NCBI GenBank assembly: GCA_963691875.1
Contig: OY829846.1
Coordinates: 2,048,001-2,112,000 of the forward strand
Source: Aureliella sp.
GTDB lineage: Bacteria; Planctomycetota; Planctomycetia; Pirellulales; Pirellulaceae
Direction: 5' to 3'
DNA: 64,000 nt
Positions 38,883-48,901 of the stretch are shown here, piece after piece. The notes under the pieces were generated by a model. The model saw only the letters and a list, made by a program, of their open reading frames with translations, ran no database searches and was not told the DNA's origin. How positions within the stretch are numbered: position 1 is the stretch's first letter; each line of letters begins with the position of its first letter. The translations under genes were made by a program, and so were the position numbers.

Positions 38883-41264
38883 ATGGATCCTGATTCTTCT
38901 CTAACAGAGACGCAAGCGCAGCAGACCCTAGATGCCTCCTTCGCGGTGCTGGAACTCTGCTTGGAGCAATTAACTCCGCTTGCTCCAGTAAACGATCCTC
39001 AAGAGATACTCGACCTGTTGCCGCCGATTTCAGGGCCCTCCCAGCGACTGGTGCTTGCGGAGCTGATCAAGTACGACCTCTCCTGTGCAGTGGAGCAGGG
39101 GCTCGGGCGCACCTTAGAGTTCTACTGGCCGCAGGTCGCAGAAATTCTTCCGCGGGCCGCGATTCCTTTTGATTTGGTGCTGGAAGAAGTCCAGTTGCTG
39201 CGAGCATTAAGGCAGGATCCCAAGTGGGCCGACTACCGCCAGCGTTTTCCTGACTTGGCCGACACAATCGGAAAATGGCTCGCCGACGGCGAAAACCAAG
39301 CTTTTTCGGCGGGCGGCGGTCAAGTTCCTGAACTACCGATTGGCCAGCAGTTCGATGACTTCCAAATTCATAAACAGCTGGGACAAGGAGCTTTTGCACG
39401 CGTCTATCTCGCTCGCCAAGTTTCCATGCATCGCTTGGTGGCGCTCAAGGCTACGACTCGCGGAAGCGATGAACCGCAAGCGCTCTCACAGCTCGACCAC
39501 ACTAATATCGTGCGAGTCTACGACCAGCGACAAGTCACAGAGCCGCCAACGATCTTGCTCTATATGCAGTATGTGGCCGGTGGGACTTTGGCTGACTGTA
39601 TCAAGCAAGTTCGAGAGCTACCGCGTGAGAAGTGGGTGGGAGGTCGAGTTCTTGAATCGATCGATCATTGTTTGGTAGACGCCAATCAAACGGTCCCAGA
39701 GCAGTCTTCGATTCGTGCTCATGTGCAGGAAATGGAGTGGGCTGAAGTTGTTGCCTGGATCGGTATTCAGCTTGCGCGAGGATTGGATTACGCCGACGAC
39801 AAAGGAGTACTTCACCGAGATGTGAAGCCAGCCAACATTCTGTTGTCCGCCGAGGCGATTCCTAAGCTAGTGGACTTCAATGTGAGTTGCAGCGGTTTGA
39901 ATGGCCGCGTTGGAGCGGCCGCACACTTTGGCGGTTCGTTAGCGTACATGTCTCCAGAACAACTGCAAGTCGCCGATCCAACAGATCGACGAGAAGCGGA
40001 CGAGCTGGACGGCCGTTCGGATTTGTATTCGCTTGGGATCGTGCTCTGGGAACTTTGGCAAGGGAAACGCCCCTGGGCTTTGCACGATGTCGCTGCGAAT
40101 TGGACGGAGGCCGTCCTGATGCAGAGGGACTTGCGGCACCGCAATTGTGAGCTGCAATTTCCGGCAAGAAGGCCTGCCGAGCGAGTTCTGGAACGCGTGT
40201 TGCGAGGACTGTTGCGAGTTGATCCAGAGGACCGTCCGAGTTCAGGTAACGAAGTCGCAGCTCGACTACGCTTTGCCTTTTATCCAGAACTCGCCAATCG
40301 CTTTGAGCCACCCAAAGATAGCTTGGCCCGACGGCTCATGAGTCTGCCTGTTTTGCTGCTCTGCGCGATCCTGATCTTCGGGCCCAACCTGGTAGCCTCG
40401 AGGTTCAATTACTTATACAACTACCATCGCATGGGCGACAAGGCTGAGGCGATGCGTGCTGAAGCTGCAGCCGTCGATATAAAAACACTCGCTACAGAGG
40501 CTGCCGCTCCGGGCGATGGTGAGGCGACGGATGCGACTGCCAAGGGAGAAGCTTCGTGGCTGTGGGGCACGCTTCTATGGCTGTTGGTTGACCTAGAAGG
40601 AGAGAACGAGCATCCGGTTGAACAATATTTTCGCTGGACATCCTTTTACGTCAACATCTTAGTCTACGCGTTGGGGCTGACGCTCTTCGCCACGATTACT
40701 TTGCCATTTGCACGGATCGTGCATGAGGGCAAACAAGGTAAAGTCGCTAGCCAGAAGGACGTGAACTATTTGTGGACAATCGGATATCGCTCCACGCTGA
40801 TCGCGTTCATTCTCTGGGTGGTTTCCGCACTGGTATTTGTCGTCGCGATGTGGACTCGATTTACAGGTAGCTTTAGCGCAATCGAGGCATTGCACTTCTT
40901 CTTCTCGCTGCTTCTCTGCGGTGGCGTCGCTTGGATTTATCCTTATTTCGGCATGACGCTCTTGGCGTTGATGGTTTACTACCCTAACGCCATTGCACCG
41001 GCGATGTCCGACCCGGACTTTGATCGTCGTAGTGCCAGCATGCGGAAGCACAGTTCGTGGTACTTGCTTTCCGCCGCGGCAATCCCCCTGACAGCAATCT
41101 TTGCTCTTGTTCTCGGCGAGCTACATGCGAACTGGGTGCTCACTGGAATCGTCATGACCGCCCTGGGACTCGCTGTCGCTTTCTATGCCAATCTCAAGAT
41201 TGACTCTGTGCTGACGCAATTTGCAAGGGTTCTCGGCGCTCCGAAGCAAAGCGTTGAGATCTAG
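38883..41264 (+). CDS. Ser/Thr protein kinase with a multi-TM C-terminus
   Basis: LGQGAFARVY, VALK, HRDVKPAN, DFN, YMSPEQ, SDLYSLG. Confidence 0.93.
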   Translation: MDPDSSLTETQAQQTLDASFAVLELCLEQLTPLAPVNDPQEILDLLPPISGPSQRLVLAELIKYDLSCAVEQGLGRTLEFYWPQVAEILPRAAIPFDLVLEEVQLLRALRQDPKWADYRQRFPDLADTIGKWLADGENQAFSAGGGQVPELPIGQQFDDFQIHKQLGQGAFARVYLARQVSMHRLVALKATTRGSDEPQALSQLDHTNIVRVYDQRQVTEPPTILLYMQYVAGGTLADCIKQVRELPREKWVGGRVLESIDHCLVDANQTVPEQSSIRAHVQEMEWAEVVAWIGIQLARGLDYADDKGVLHRDVKPANILLSAEAIPKLVDFNVSCSGLNGRVGAAAHFGGSLAYMSPEQLQVADPTDRREADELDGRSDLYSLGIVLWELWQGKRPWALHDVAANWTEAVLMQRDLRHRNCELQFPARRPAERVLERVLRGLLRVDPEDRPSSGNEVAARLRFAFYPELANRFEPPKDSLARRLMSLPVLLLCAILIFGPNLVASRFNYLYNYHRMGDKAEAMRAEAAAVDIKTLATEAAAPGDGEATDATAKGEASWLWGTLLWLLVDLEGENEHPVEQYFRWTSFYVNILVYALGLTLFATITLPFARIVHEGKQGKVASQKDVNYLWTIGYRSTLIAFILWVVSALVFVVAMWTRFTGSFSAIEALHFFFSLLLCGGVAWIYPYFGMTLLALMVYYPNAIAPAMSDPDFDRRSASMRKHSSWYLLSAAAIPLTAIFALVLGELHANWVLTGIVMTALGLAVAFYANLKIDSVLTQFARVLGAPKQSVEI

Positions 41265-41359
41265 ATCACAACCCGAGGCGTGAGTTTTTAAGTTGCGCCT
41301 TTCGAATCAGAATTTAGTTTGCTTAGCTCAAGCTTAGTTTTCTGTAGTCATATGCAACT

Positions 41360-41503
41360 TACTCACCTTGGGGAGAGTCGCGACGAGCACCCACGCTTCG
41401 TGGGTCGGCAAGCGGAGAGGGGCTTAGCCAGGCCTCCCCAGCCGAGAGCACCGACGCGAAGCGTTTGTCTTAGCCGGACTCTCCCGAAAGCGGGAGGGTA
41501 AGT
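41360..41503. repeat. Long intergenic composite inverted repeat (REP/BIME-like)
   Basis: GGGAGAGTC..GGAGAGGGG..CCTCCCC..GACTCTCCC..GCGGGAGGG; related to 31461 and 57257-57300. Confidence 0.65.
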
Positions 41504-41567
41504 TTGAGAAGTGTAACCTCAAGACTCATACTTCGGGTTATGAAGCAGCGTCTCGCGAAGTAGGACA

Positions 41568-42227
41568 TTAATCGTCCGACGCGATGATGGTCGCCGCGCC
41601 AGAATCGTCTCTGGTCATAAGCAATCTGACTTGCGCCAAAGCGTCTGCTTCAGATTCATGGTGAGTGACATGTAACACTGTAATGCCCCAACGCGAGTTG
41701 ATATCTTTGAGCAGCTGCTGCGCGGTCTTGCGCGTTTCAGCATCTAGTGCACTAAGCGGTTCATCTAGCAGTAGCAGTGGGGGTTGGAAAGAAATCGCGC
41801 GGCCCAAAGCAACACGCTGTTTCTCGCCGCCGCTTAGCCCCTTGATGCCTCGTGGGAGCAAGTCGGCAATCTCTAGCACTTGGCTCAGTTCGGACACCCG
41901 CTCTCTTATAACCATCTCCGGTTCGTCCCGGAGACGCATTGCGAACTCAAGGTGCTGCTGAACGGTGAGTGTTGGGAACAGTGCTAAGTCTTGAGGAACG
42001 TACCCAACATTTCTGTCTGCTGGATTCCAACGCGTTACGTCGCGTTCCGCAATGCGAATGCTGCCACATACAATGCTGCGCAGCCCGCATATTGCCTCCA
42101 GAATCGTAGTCTTTCCGATTCCCGTAGGCCCCATCACGATCGCGTACTGACCTGATGCCACCTGGAAACTGATGTTTTCTAGGCGATAGTCACCAGCTTG
42201 GATCGTCACACTGTCTAGTTCAATCAT
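41568..42227 (-). CDS. ABC transporter ATP-binding protein (ModC/WtpC-like)
   Basis: GPTGIGKT, LSGGEKQR, LLLDEP, HVTH. Confidence 0.9.
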   Translation of the reverse strand: MIELDSVTIQAGDYRLENISFQVASGQYAIVMGPTGIGKTTILEAICGLRSIVCGSIRIAERDVTRWNPADRNVGYVPQDLALFPTLTVQQHLEFAMRLRDEPEMVIRERVSELSQVLEIADLLPRGIKGLSGGEKQRVALGRAISFQPPLLLLDEPLSALDAETRKTAQQLLKDINSRWGITVLHVTHHESEADALAQVRLLMTRDDSGAATIIASDD

Positions 42228-43083
42228 GTTGCTTGTTGTTGCTCGTCCACTCAGCGAGCCCAGCTCCTCCAAAGTATCGCAACACGAGTAGAACAACGAT
42301 GGCCATGGCAACCATGATGAGCGATACGGCTACAGCTGCGTCTAACTGGCCGATACTCAGTTCCAGAAAAACCGTTACTGAGAGTACCTCGGTACGGAAT
42401 CTCGTTGATCCAGCAAAAACCATAATTGGCCCGAACTCGCCCAGAGCACGAGCCCAACTGATCGTCGCGGCCGTGATGATGCCTTGTCGTGCCTGTGGTA
42501 AAGCTACTTTCAGAAAGGCTTGCGCTCGGGAGCACCCGAGCGTACGAGCGACATCCTCGGCCCGGGGATTAATCTGCTCAAAGGTCACTCGCATTGTGCG
42601 GACTGCAAACGCGCATGAGACCGCAAATTGCGCCAACACCACGGCCGGCCAGTTGAAAGTGATCTCGAGCCGGAGAGTATCCCGAAGCCATTGATCCAAA
42701 TTGGTATCGCCTATTGGAAGGTGGAAGAGGATCAGAAGACTCAAGCCGAGAACCAGCGGCGGCAGAACGATTGGGATGTCGACGATAGTGTCCACGATCC
42801 ATCTGCCTGGGAATTTGAAACGCGCCAGCAGATAAGCTAAGGGAGTTGCCACCACGACCGAAAGAATGGCTGCTAGCGTGCAAGTTATTAGAGTCAGTCG
42901 GAAAGCTGCTTGCACTTCAGGTTTCCTGACAGCAGTCCAAAAGTCGTCGACGGATGTGTAAAGCAGATCTGCGATCAGGAGCAGCACAATTAACAAGATG
43001 AAGCTCGCAGAGATTCCTCCCATCACCAGGAAGAACCCCCAATCGCCGCTTTGCTTGTGCCTCTGCCCACTCAAATGATTCAC
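42220..43083 (-). CDS. ABC permease (molybdate/tungstate ModB-like)
   Basis: DIPIVLPPLVLG, ARTLG, WARALGEFG. Confidence 0.88.
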   Translation of the reverse strand: MNHLSGQRHKQSGDWGFFLVMGGISASFILLIVLLLIADLLYTSVDDFWTAVRKPEVQAAFRLTLITCTLAAILSVVVATPLAYLLARFKFPGRWIVDTIVDIPIVLPPLVLGLSLLILFHLPIGDTNLDQWLRDTLRLEITFNWPAVVLAQFAVSCAFAVRTMRVTFEQINPRAEDVARTLGCSRAQAFLKVALPQARQGIITAATISWARALGEFGPIMVFAGSTRFRTEVLSVTVFLELSIGQLDAAVAVSLIMVAMAIVVLLVLRYFGGAGLAEWTSNNKQHD

Positions 43084-43198
43084 GACCTTACGAGGACCAT
43101 TCCTGCGACCGAATCACGATCGTACCATCACCCATCCGAACAATTCTCATTGTAGCTACCGTCGAGCCTCAGGACAGCTGGCAACATGCTAAGCAGCA

Positions 43199-43543
43199 CT
43201 AACCTGGAGGCCAACTCAACGCGCGTCCACCAAGGATGTGATAGTGCAGGTGGTCAACTGACTGCCCACCATTCCTGCCACAATTCACCACCACACGATA
43301 CCCGTCTTCAGCTAGGCCCAACTGCCGAGCGACCTTTTGGATCGTTAGCCAAAGATGCCCGACGAGCTCCGCATCCTCCGGGGCGATGTCTTCGATATTC
43401 TCGATAGGCTTCTTCGGAATTACAAGCACATGCGTCGGCGCTTGCGGGGAAACATCATGGAACGCCAGACAATGCTCATCTTCGTGTACGACGTTAGCTG
43501 GAATTTCCTTGCGGATGATTTTTGAGAAGATGGTCTCAGCCAT
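43199..43543 (-). CDS. Histidine triad nucleotide-binding protein (HinT-like)
   Basis: [35 protein letters not shown]. Confidence 0.95.
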   Translation of the reverse strand: MAETIFSKIIRKEIPANVVHEDEHCLAFHDVSPQAPTHVLVIPKKPIENIEDIAPEDAELVGHLWLTIQKVARQLGLAEDGYRVVVNCGRNGGQSVDHLHYHILGGRALSWPPG

Positions 43544-43748
43544 GTCATTTCCCTCGAGCGAGTGAGTAGCACGCAAGATGCTGCAAGATCCGTCGTTCAT
43601 TTTGACGAATGTCGACGAATTGCCCAAGGGGTTCTGTATTGGCCCGCTATCCCAACAAAATGCACATCGCAAAACGAATGGTGCTCCCAGGGGAGCCACC
43701 TCGAGGTAAGCCGACCGTCGAAATTAGATTATTGCTTTCACCGATTCC

Positions 43749-44807
43749 CTAGCTTCGCCGACGGCGGACGAGCAGGCCAAGTCCGAATAGGCCCAAGATT
43801 CCAATTGAAGATGGCTCTGGAACTGCAGCAAAACTCCAGCCAATGATGTCGAAGGCTTGGATGTCCAGCTCCGTCACAACATTTAGATTTCCAGCAGGCG
43901 CTGCAGTGGGATCCATGATCCCGAGTCCAAGCCCATCACGCCAGTGACTAGCCTGACGCCCATCACCATTGCGAACGCCGCGTGAAAAGTGGTCTACCCC
44001 AGGCGCGCCAGCCGTCGCGCCACCATCAATCGAGAAGAACTTAGCACGGTTATCAGCAGTAAAGTCTAAGTCCGCTCCCGCGGCCAAACTATCAGCAGAA
44101 TGCCTTGTGAAATCCATCGAGCTGACAAAGGTGAATAGATTGTCGTTAAAAGGTCCGCTATTTGGAGGCGAGTTAAAGTCGAGAATATCAACGCCACTGA
44201 TGAAGCCCATTGCATGCCCTAACTCATGAATTGCAACACCGACAAAATCAATCTCGCCACTGTCGATGCCATCCGATGGATCGAAATCAAAGGCAAAGGC
44301 ACTGTTGAACGTGATCGCTGTATCCTCACCGCCGAGGTTTCCATTGATCAGGCCCAGGGCTTTGGCGTTGGCTCGAGTGATCCGTACGGAAGTGTTGTTC
44401 GCTCCACCGTCATTGTCGAGGTAGGGGTTTGCGCCGTTGGTGCCAGTTGCTTCTGATGTCCGATTAATGAACACGTCGAACGAAGAACCGATTGGGAGAT
44501 TGGCGACCATAGTGGCATCATCCGCTGAACTAGCATCATCGGCCATCGCATTGCGAAAATCGTCGTAGTCGATCAAGCTTCGCTGCGATCCAGCCTGCCC
44601 AAGAATGGATCCTCCCAGATTGCTGAAGCCAGCTGTCACGTTGACGGTGACATCATCTTCGAAGATGCCAGACCAGAAAGCTGCAGCCTGTGCGAAACCT
44701 GCATCGGCTTCGGCGTTCCCAGTCGACGTGATGTTGAAAGTTAAATCGGCACGCACCTGGCCCGCCACAGCGATTGCCAGCAGGGCGAAAATTGGGAGGC
44801 TTCGCAT
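43749..44807 (-). CDS. PEP-CTERM-sorted zinc metalloprotease
   Basis: Signal peptide; HELGHAMG; SHW..GIMDP; VPEPSS + TM + RRRRS. Confidence 0.9.
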   Translation of the reverse strand: MRSLPIFALLAIAVAGQVRADLTFNITSTGNAEADAGFAQAAAFWSGIFEDDVTVNVTAGFSNLGGSILGQAGSQRSLIDYDDFRNAMADDASSADDATMVANLPIGSSFDVFINRTSEATGTNGANPYLDNDGGANNTSVRITRANAKALGLINGNLGGEDTAITFNSAFAFDFDPSDGIDSGEIDFVGVAIHELGHAMGFISGVDILDFNSPPNSGPFNDNLFTFVSSMDFTRHSADSLAAGADLDFTADNRAKFFSIDGGATAGAPGVDHFSRGVRNGDGRQASHWRDGLGLGIMDPTAAPAGNLNVVTELDIQAFDIIGWSFAAVPEPSSIGILGLFGLGLLVRRRRS

Positions 44808-45128
44808 GATTCTTACTAGAGGGAAGGACTAAAAAATTTCAAGGGATTCCGGCTGAACCCAGAATAAATTCCACACTGATTCTTGACGAAGAAAAATCAA
44901 GATTTTGCGATTATTCTTGCAAATTTGGTCCACCCAAGTGGAGGGGTTTAAAGTCAAAAGAGCTCCCCTTTAGTCCCGGGGGCTTACAAGCGGCCACCGA
45001 AATGGGGGCTCAACGTCTTTCGAGGCCTCAGCAATCTGACTTAGAATAAGGCTTCATTTCTTATTTCTTATAAGTCTGAGAAAACAATATTCATCAGCAC
45101 TTCACCTATCCCAAAGCTTTTACCAACC

Positions 45129-46376
45129 ATGGGCTTTTCCGCACAAGAAGTCGTTCAACTCCGATCTCTATTTCCAGCTCTGTCTCGCAGAGACGCGGAT
45201 CGGGAAGCCGTTTTCTTAGATGGCCCGGCTGGCACTCAGGTTTCTCAGCAAGTTATTGACGCGATTTCGGATTACCTGACTCGATGCAATGCCAACGAGG
45301 ATGGAGTCTTTGCGACGAGCATCGAAAGTGATCAGGCCCTGGACAGCGCTCACGCTTCCGTGGCAACTTTTCTTGGTGCTGACGACCCAAACTGTGTTAC
45401 CTTCGGTCCTAACATGACCACGCTAACGCTGTCATTGGCTCGATGCCTATCCAAGTCTTGGAAGCCTGGCGACGAGATTCTCTTATCTGGCTTAGAACAC
45501 GATGCCAACTACACTCCTTGGCGTCAGGCAGCAGAGGATGCAGGAGCAACTGTTCGAGTCGTGGAAGTCGACGCCAAGAATTGCACGCTGAAACAAGACG
45601 ATTTCCGATCAAAACTCAATGAAAAGACGAAATTCGTAGCGGTTGGCTGTGCCTCGAACGCCGCTGGCACCGTGAATCCAGTAGCAAGCATGTGTGCAGC
45701 AGCAAAGCATTTTGGTGCTTTGACATTCTTAGATGCAGTTCACTATGCCCCACACGACGTAATAGACGTGAACGCTTTCGGCTGTGATTTCTTGGCTTGC
45801 AGCGCATACAAGTTTTTTGGACCGCACGTCGGTATTATGTGGGGACGCCGCGAGTTGCTCGAAGGCTTGCAGCCCTACAAGTTACGTCCCTCACCAGAAG
45901 ATTTGCCAGGACGCTGGATGACGGGGACTCAGAATCACGAATGCATTATGGGTACCAAGGCAGCGATTGACTATATTGGTAGTATTGGTCGCAGCGAAGA
46001 TAGCTCAGCCGAAACCACACGAGAGGACTTGGTGAATGCCTTTTCTCGCATTCGCCAATATGAAAAAGAACTATGCGATCGCTTACTTGATGGGCTATCA
46101 GCGATTCCTGAAGTCAAAGTTTGGGGTATTACAGATCCCGCCGAGCGAGAGCAACGTGTACCGACGGTTTCGGTCACTCATACTCGTTATACGTCGGTTG
46201 AATTGGCCAAACGACTGGCCAAGAAAGGCATCTATGCCTGGCACGGAAATTACTATGCCTTGCCGCTAACAGAACGTATCGGTGTCGAGCCTGACGGAAT
46301 GGTGCGTCTTGGACTCGTCCACTACAACACAGCTGAAGAAGTCGAATACCTACTGGCCCAGTTGGCGACGTGCTAA
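45129..46376 (+). CDS. Cysteine desulfurase-like protein (aminotransferase class V)
   Basis: FLDGPAGTQV, EHDAN, DAVHYAPH, SAYKFFGPH, HYNT. Confidence 0.9.
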   Translation: MGFSAQEVVQLRSLFPALSRRDADREAVFLDGPAGTQVSQQVIDAISDYLTRCNANEDGVFATSIESDQALDSAHASVATFLGADDPNCVTFGPNMTTLTLSLARCLSKSWKPGDEILLSGLEHDANYTPWRQAAEDAGATVRVVEVDAKNCTLKQDDFRSKLNEKTKFVAVGCASNAAGTVNPVASMCAAAKHFGALTFLDAVHYAPHDVIDVNAFGCDFLACSAYKFFGPHVGIMWGRRELLEGLQPYKLRPSPEDLPGRWMTGTQNHECIMGTKAAIDYIGSIGRSEDSSAETTREDLVNAFSRIRQYEKELCDRLLDGLSAIPEVKVWGITDPAEREQRVPTVSVTHTRYTSVELAKRLAKKGIYAWHGNYYALPLTERIGVEPDGMVRLGLVHYNTAEEVEYLLAQLATC

Positions 46377-46526
46377 CCACTGTTGTTAGTGCGTAAAAAC
46401 TCATCTATTTCTCAGCATCATTGTTTTGCGTCGTCGCCTGAAAGCCGATACACAATCAGCAGCGTCGTACAACTTACGACATGCAGATTGGCGAGCCGCA
46501 AGATGGGATCAAGGAGCTGAGTAATC

Positions 46527-47375
46527 ATGGCCGGAAGAACAGACTTGAGTTTTGATATTGATGCGTTGTTTGATCACATGACTAACAACTTGAATCATGC
46601 TCTTGACGACACCAAGGACTGGAATTTCACTCTACGCTCCCACGATCTGAGTGCTCTCCAAGAAGTCGCTAAAGAGCTGCAATCAGAATTCATCGTGCAG
46701 CTACAGGAAACCGTCGAAGAGATTAGCTTGGATGGTCAAGTCTCAGTGGGCGAACCGATGTTGTCGGTCAGCCAACAAGCGGCATTGTCTGTAGAGCAAG
46801 TCAAAAGTGTTGCCTCCCGTATGGAAACGATCGCGCAAGATCGCGGATTTCAGTACGAGGGCGTCGAGTGCTACGAGCCAGTTGACGGTGACGAAGTATT
46901 CGGCTGGCTTGAACCGGACGACGCAAGTTGGCGTTTGCGGCACATGACCGATTGCGGCCTGGAGGACAATGCTCCTCTGCCCTGGGCTTTCCTGATAGTA
47001 ACTCAAACGGCAGAATCGGTCGCCAAACTTTGGGACTCTTTGGCAGACAACGAGTTTGAGGACCGCGATGACTATGGCGAGCCTGATGACGAGGGGAACT
47101 ATGGCAGCTGCGTCTTTGTCGATGGACAAAACAACGAGTCTGAGCTGCTCGCAACGCTCGAATCGATTAAAAACATAGCAGAATCGGTTGGCGGAAGATT
47201 GTCAGGAGTCCAGTTTTATTCGCGCGAAGATCTGGCGGAATTCTTCGATACGGAGTACGTCAACGATGAATTCGGCGACGACTTAAATCTTATTGCCGAA
47301 GACGACTCAATCGAAGAACTCAGGCAGGCCGATGAGGGAAACGAAAAATTGCGTCGGTCGCCACCGATGTCGTGA
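46527..47375 (+). CDS. Acidic hypothetical protein, possibly with tandem RraB-like domains
   Basis: AAGGAG RBS; two internally similar halves (W.F..., IA...G...G). Confidence 0.55.
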   Translation: MAGRTDLSFDIDALFDHMTNNLNHALDDTKDWNFTLRSHDLSALQEVAKELQSEFIVQLQETVEEISLDGQVSVGEPMLSVSQQAALSVEQVKSVASRMETIAQDRGFQYEGVECYEPVDGDEVFGWLEPDDASWRLRHMTDCGLEDNAPLPWAFLIVTQTAESVAKLWDSLADNEFEDRDDYGEPDDEGNYGSCVFVDGQNNESELLATLESIKNIAESVGGRLSGVQFYSREDLAEFFDTEYVNDEFGDDLNLIAEDDSIEELRQADEGNEKLRRSPPMS

Positions 47376-47453
47376 AGCGCGTTGGAGCCAACTCGAAATT
47401 TTTGCCTCAGATCAAGTGATGTAGATTTTCGGTTAGATGGTGTAGATTTTTGG

Positions 47454-47726
47454 TTAGAGAATCGCAATTGCCTCGCCGGGCACCAAACATGGTATCCCGT
47501 CGCGTATGGGATAGAGGTAGGTGCCTGATTGGTTGACCAGTCCACCCTCAAATGTTTCCGAAACCTGAATGCCCAGTCTGCAGACCAGAATTCCATTTTC
47601 TTGATCGGCCTGCAACCGCTCCACGACCGAATTCTCAGCAAGGGACAGATCTTCTTGCGTGACTGGACAGCGAATGCACGCAAGCATCCATGCAGGAAAG
47701 CCAGTTCCAAGTTCAATCGAACTCAT
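47454..47726 (-). CDS. Trm112-family protein
   Basis: IRCPVTQEDL..YPIRDGIPCLV..EA. Confidence 0.85.
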   Translation of the reverse strand: MSSIELGTGFPAWMLACIRCPVTQEDLSLAENSVVERLQADQENGILVCRLGIQVSETFEGGLVNQSGTYLYPIRDGIPCLVPGEAIAIL

Positions 47727-48901
47727 CCATGTCCTTTTATTACGGCGATGCAGTCGCTTGCTTTCGAATGATGGCCACTCGCAACAAAAGAGCGTGCTAG
47801 CGCGAGCCCAGATAGTTGCTCAGCGCAAAATGGAACTGCGTTTCCCGGACTCGGGGCATCAGTAAATAATTGCTCCTCGATGCTCCTGAGCAATTCTTGG
47901 ATTCCAGGCTGCCCCACACAACTAGCCAAAGTTGAGGGCAAACGACCGTCACCGGCAATCGGTTCCATGCGAGCTTTATCCATCTTATTCCAACAAACTA
48001 GGCGCCGCACGTCTACCGACGCAAGTTCATCGTGGATCGGCTGCCACCCTTGGGTCGCGTCGACCACAAGGACCAACAAATCGGAAGAATGCACCAACTC
48101 TTTTGCTTTGTTGACTCCAGCCGTCTCAATCTCATCCTCGCTCTGTCGAATTCCAGCCGTGTCAGTGAGTTGCACCGGCCAGCCGCCAATGACCGCGCCT
48201 GACTCAGTCCAGTCGCGAGTGGTGCCTGGTTGATCATGCACAATCAGTTTTTCCTGTCCGACCAAGGCGTTGATCAAGCTACTTTTGCCGACGTTGGGCG
48301 GACCAGCCAAAACGATTCGCCAGCCACGGCATAGATGCTGGCCAAACTCACCCGCTGCAATCAACGAGTCTATTTCTCGCAGGATCGGCTCCTGATCAGC
48401 TGCGGACTGGGCAACCGCAGCACTTTTCAGCAACTCCTCCAACCCTTCGAGAGCTGCACCCAAGACGCCGTTAAGCTGATCCAGCAGGACGCTCGCAGCA
48501 AGATCTGTGGGAGCTTCTTGTAGTGCCCTCTCGGCCTGAACACTGGGGCTACCCACCAAGTCGGAAGGCCATTCCTGTGCAGAGATGCGCTTTGCACCTC
48601 TGTCGACCATCTCTTGCAAGAGTGCTTCGCAAATGGCTTTTCCACCGTGGCAGTGGACTTCGACTTGCAATTCGGAGCTGCGGCAAATGACAACTTGCTC
48701 TTCGCCCGTCGAATCAGAAGCAGCGGACCAAGTTGCGTAATAGACGCGCATCTCTGCGAGTTGCTGGCGTTTGCCGCCCGGAACAGGAAACTGAAACATC
48801 GAAGTGATGATTTCAATCGCTCTCGGACCGCGAATCGCGAGAGTCGCAATGCCTGCTGGAATCTGCGGAGTGAGTTGACAGACGAGAGTCTCAGGATTCA
48901 T
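47723..48901 (-). CDS. MnmE/TrmE-like GTPase lacking the C-terminal CxGK motif
   Basis: TP...GIA..IRGP, EVHCHGG, GPPNVGKSSL, PGTTRD, DTAG, NKMD; ends IKGHG. Confidence 0.85.
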   Translation of the reverse strand: MNPETLVCQLTPQIPAGIATLAIRGPRAIEIITSMFQFPVPGGKRQQLAEMRVYYATWSAASDSTGEEQVVICRSSELQVEVHCHGGKAICEALLQEMVDRGAKRISAQEWPSDLVGSPSVQAERALQEAPTDLAASVLLDQLNGVLGAALEGLEELLKSAAVAQSAADQEPILREIDSLIAAGEFGQHLCRGWRIVLAGPPNVGKSSLINALVGQEKLIVHDQPGTTRDWTESGAVIGGWPVQLTDTAGIRQSEDEIETAGVNKAKELVHSSDLLVLVVDATQGWQPIHDELASVDVRRLVCWNKMDKARMEPIAGDGRLPSTLASCVGQPGIQELLRSIEEQLFTDAPSPGNAVPFCAEQLSGLALARSFVASGHHSKASDCIAVIKGHG

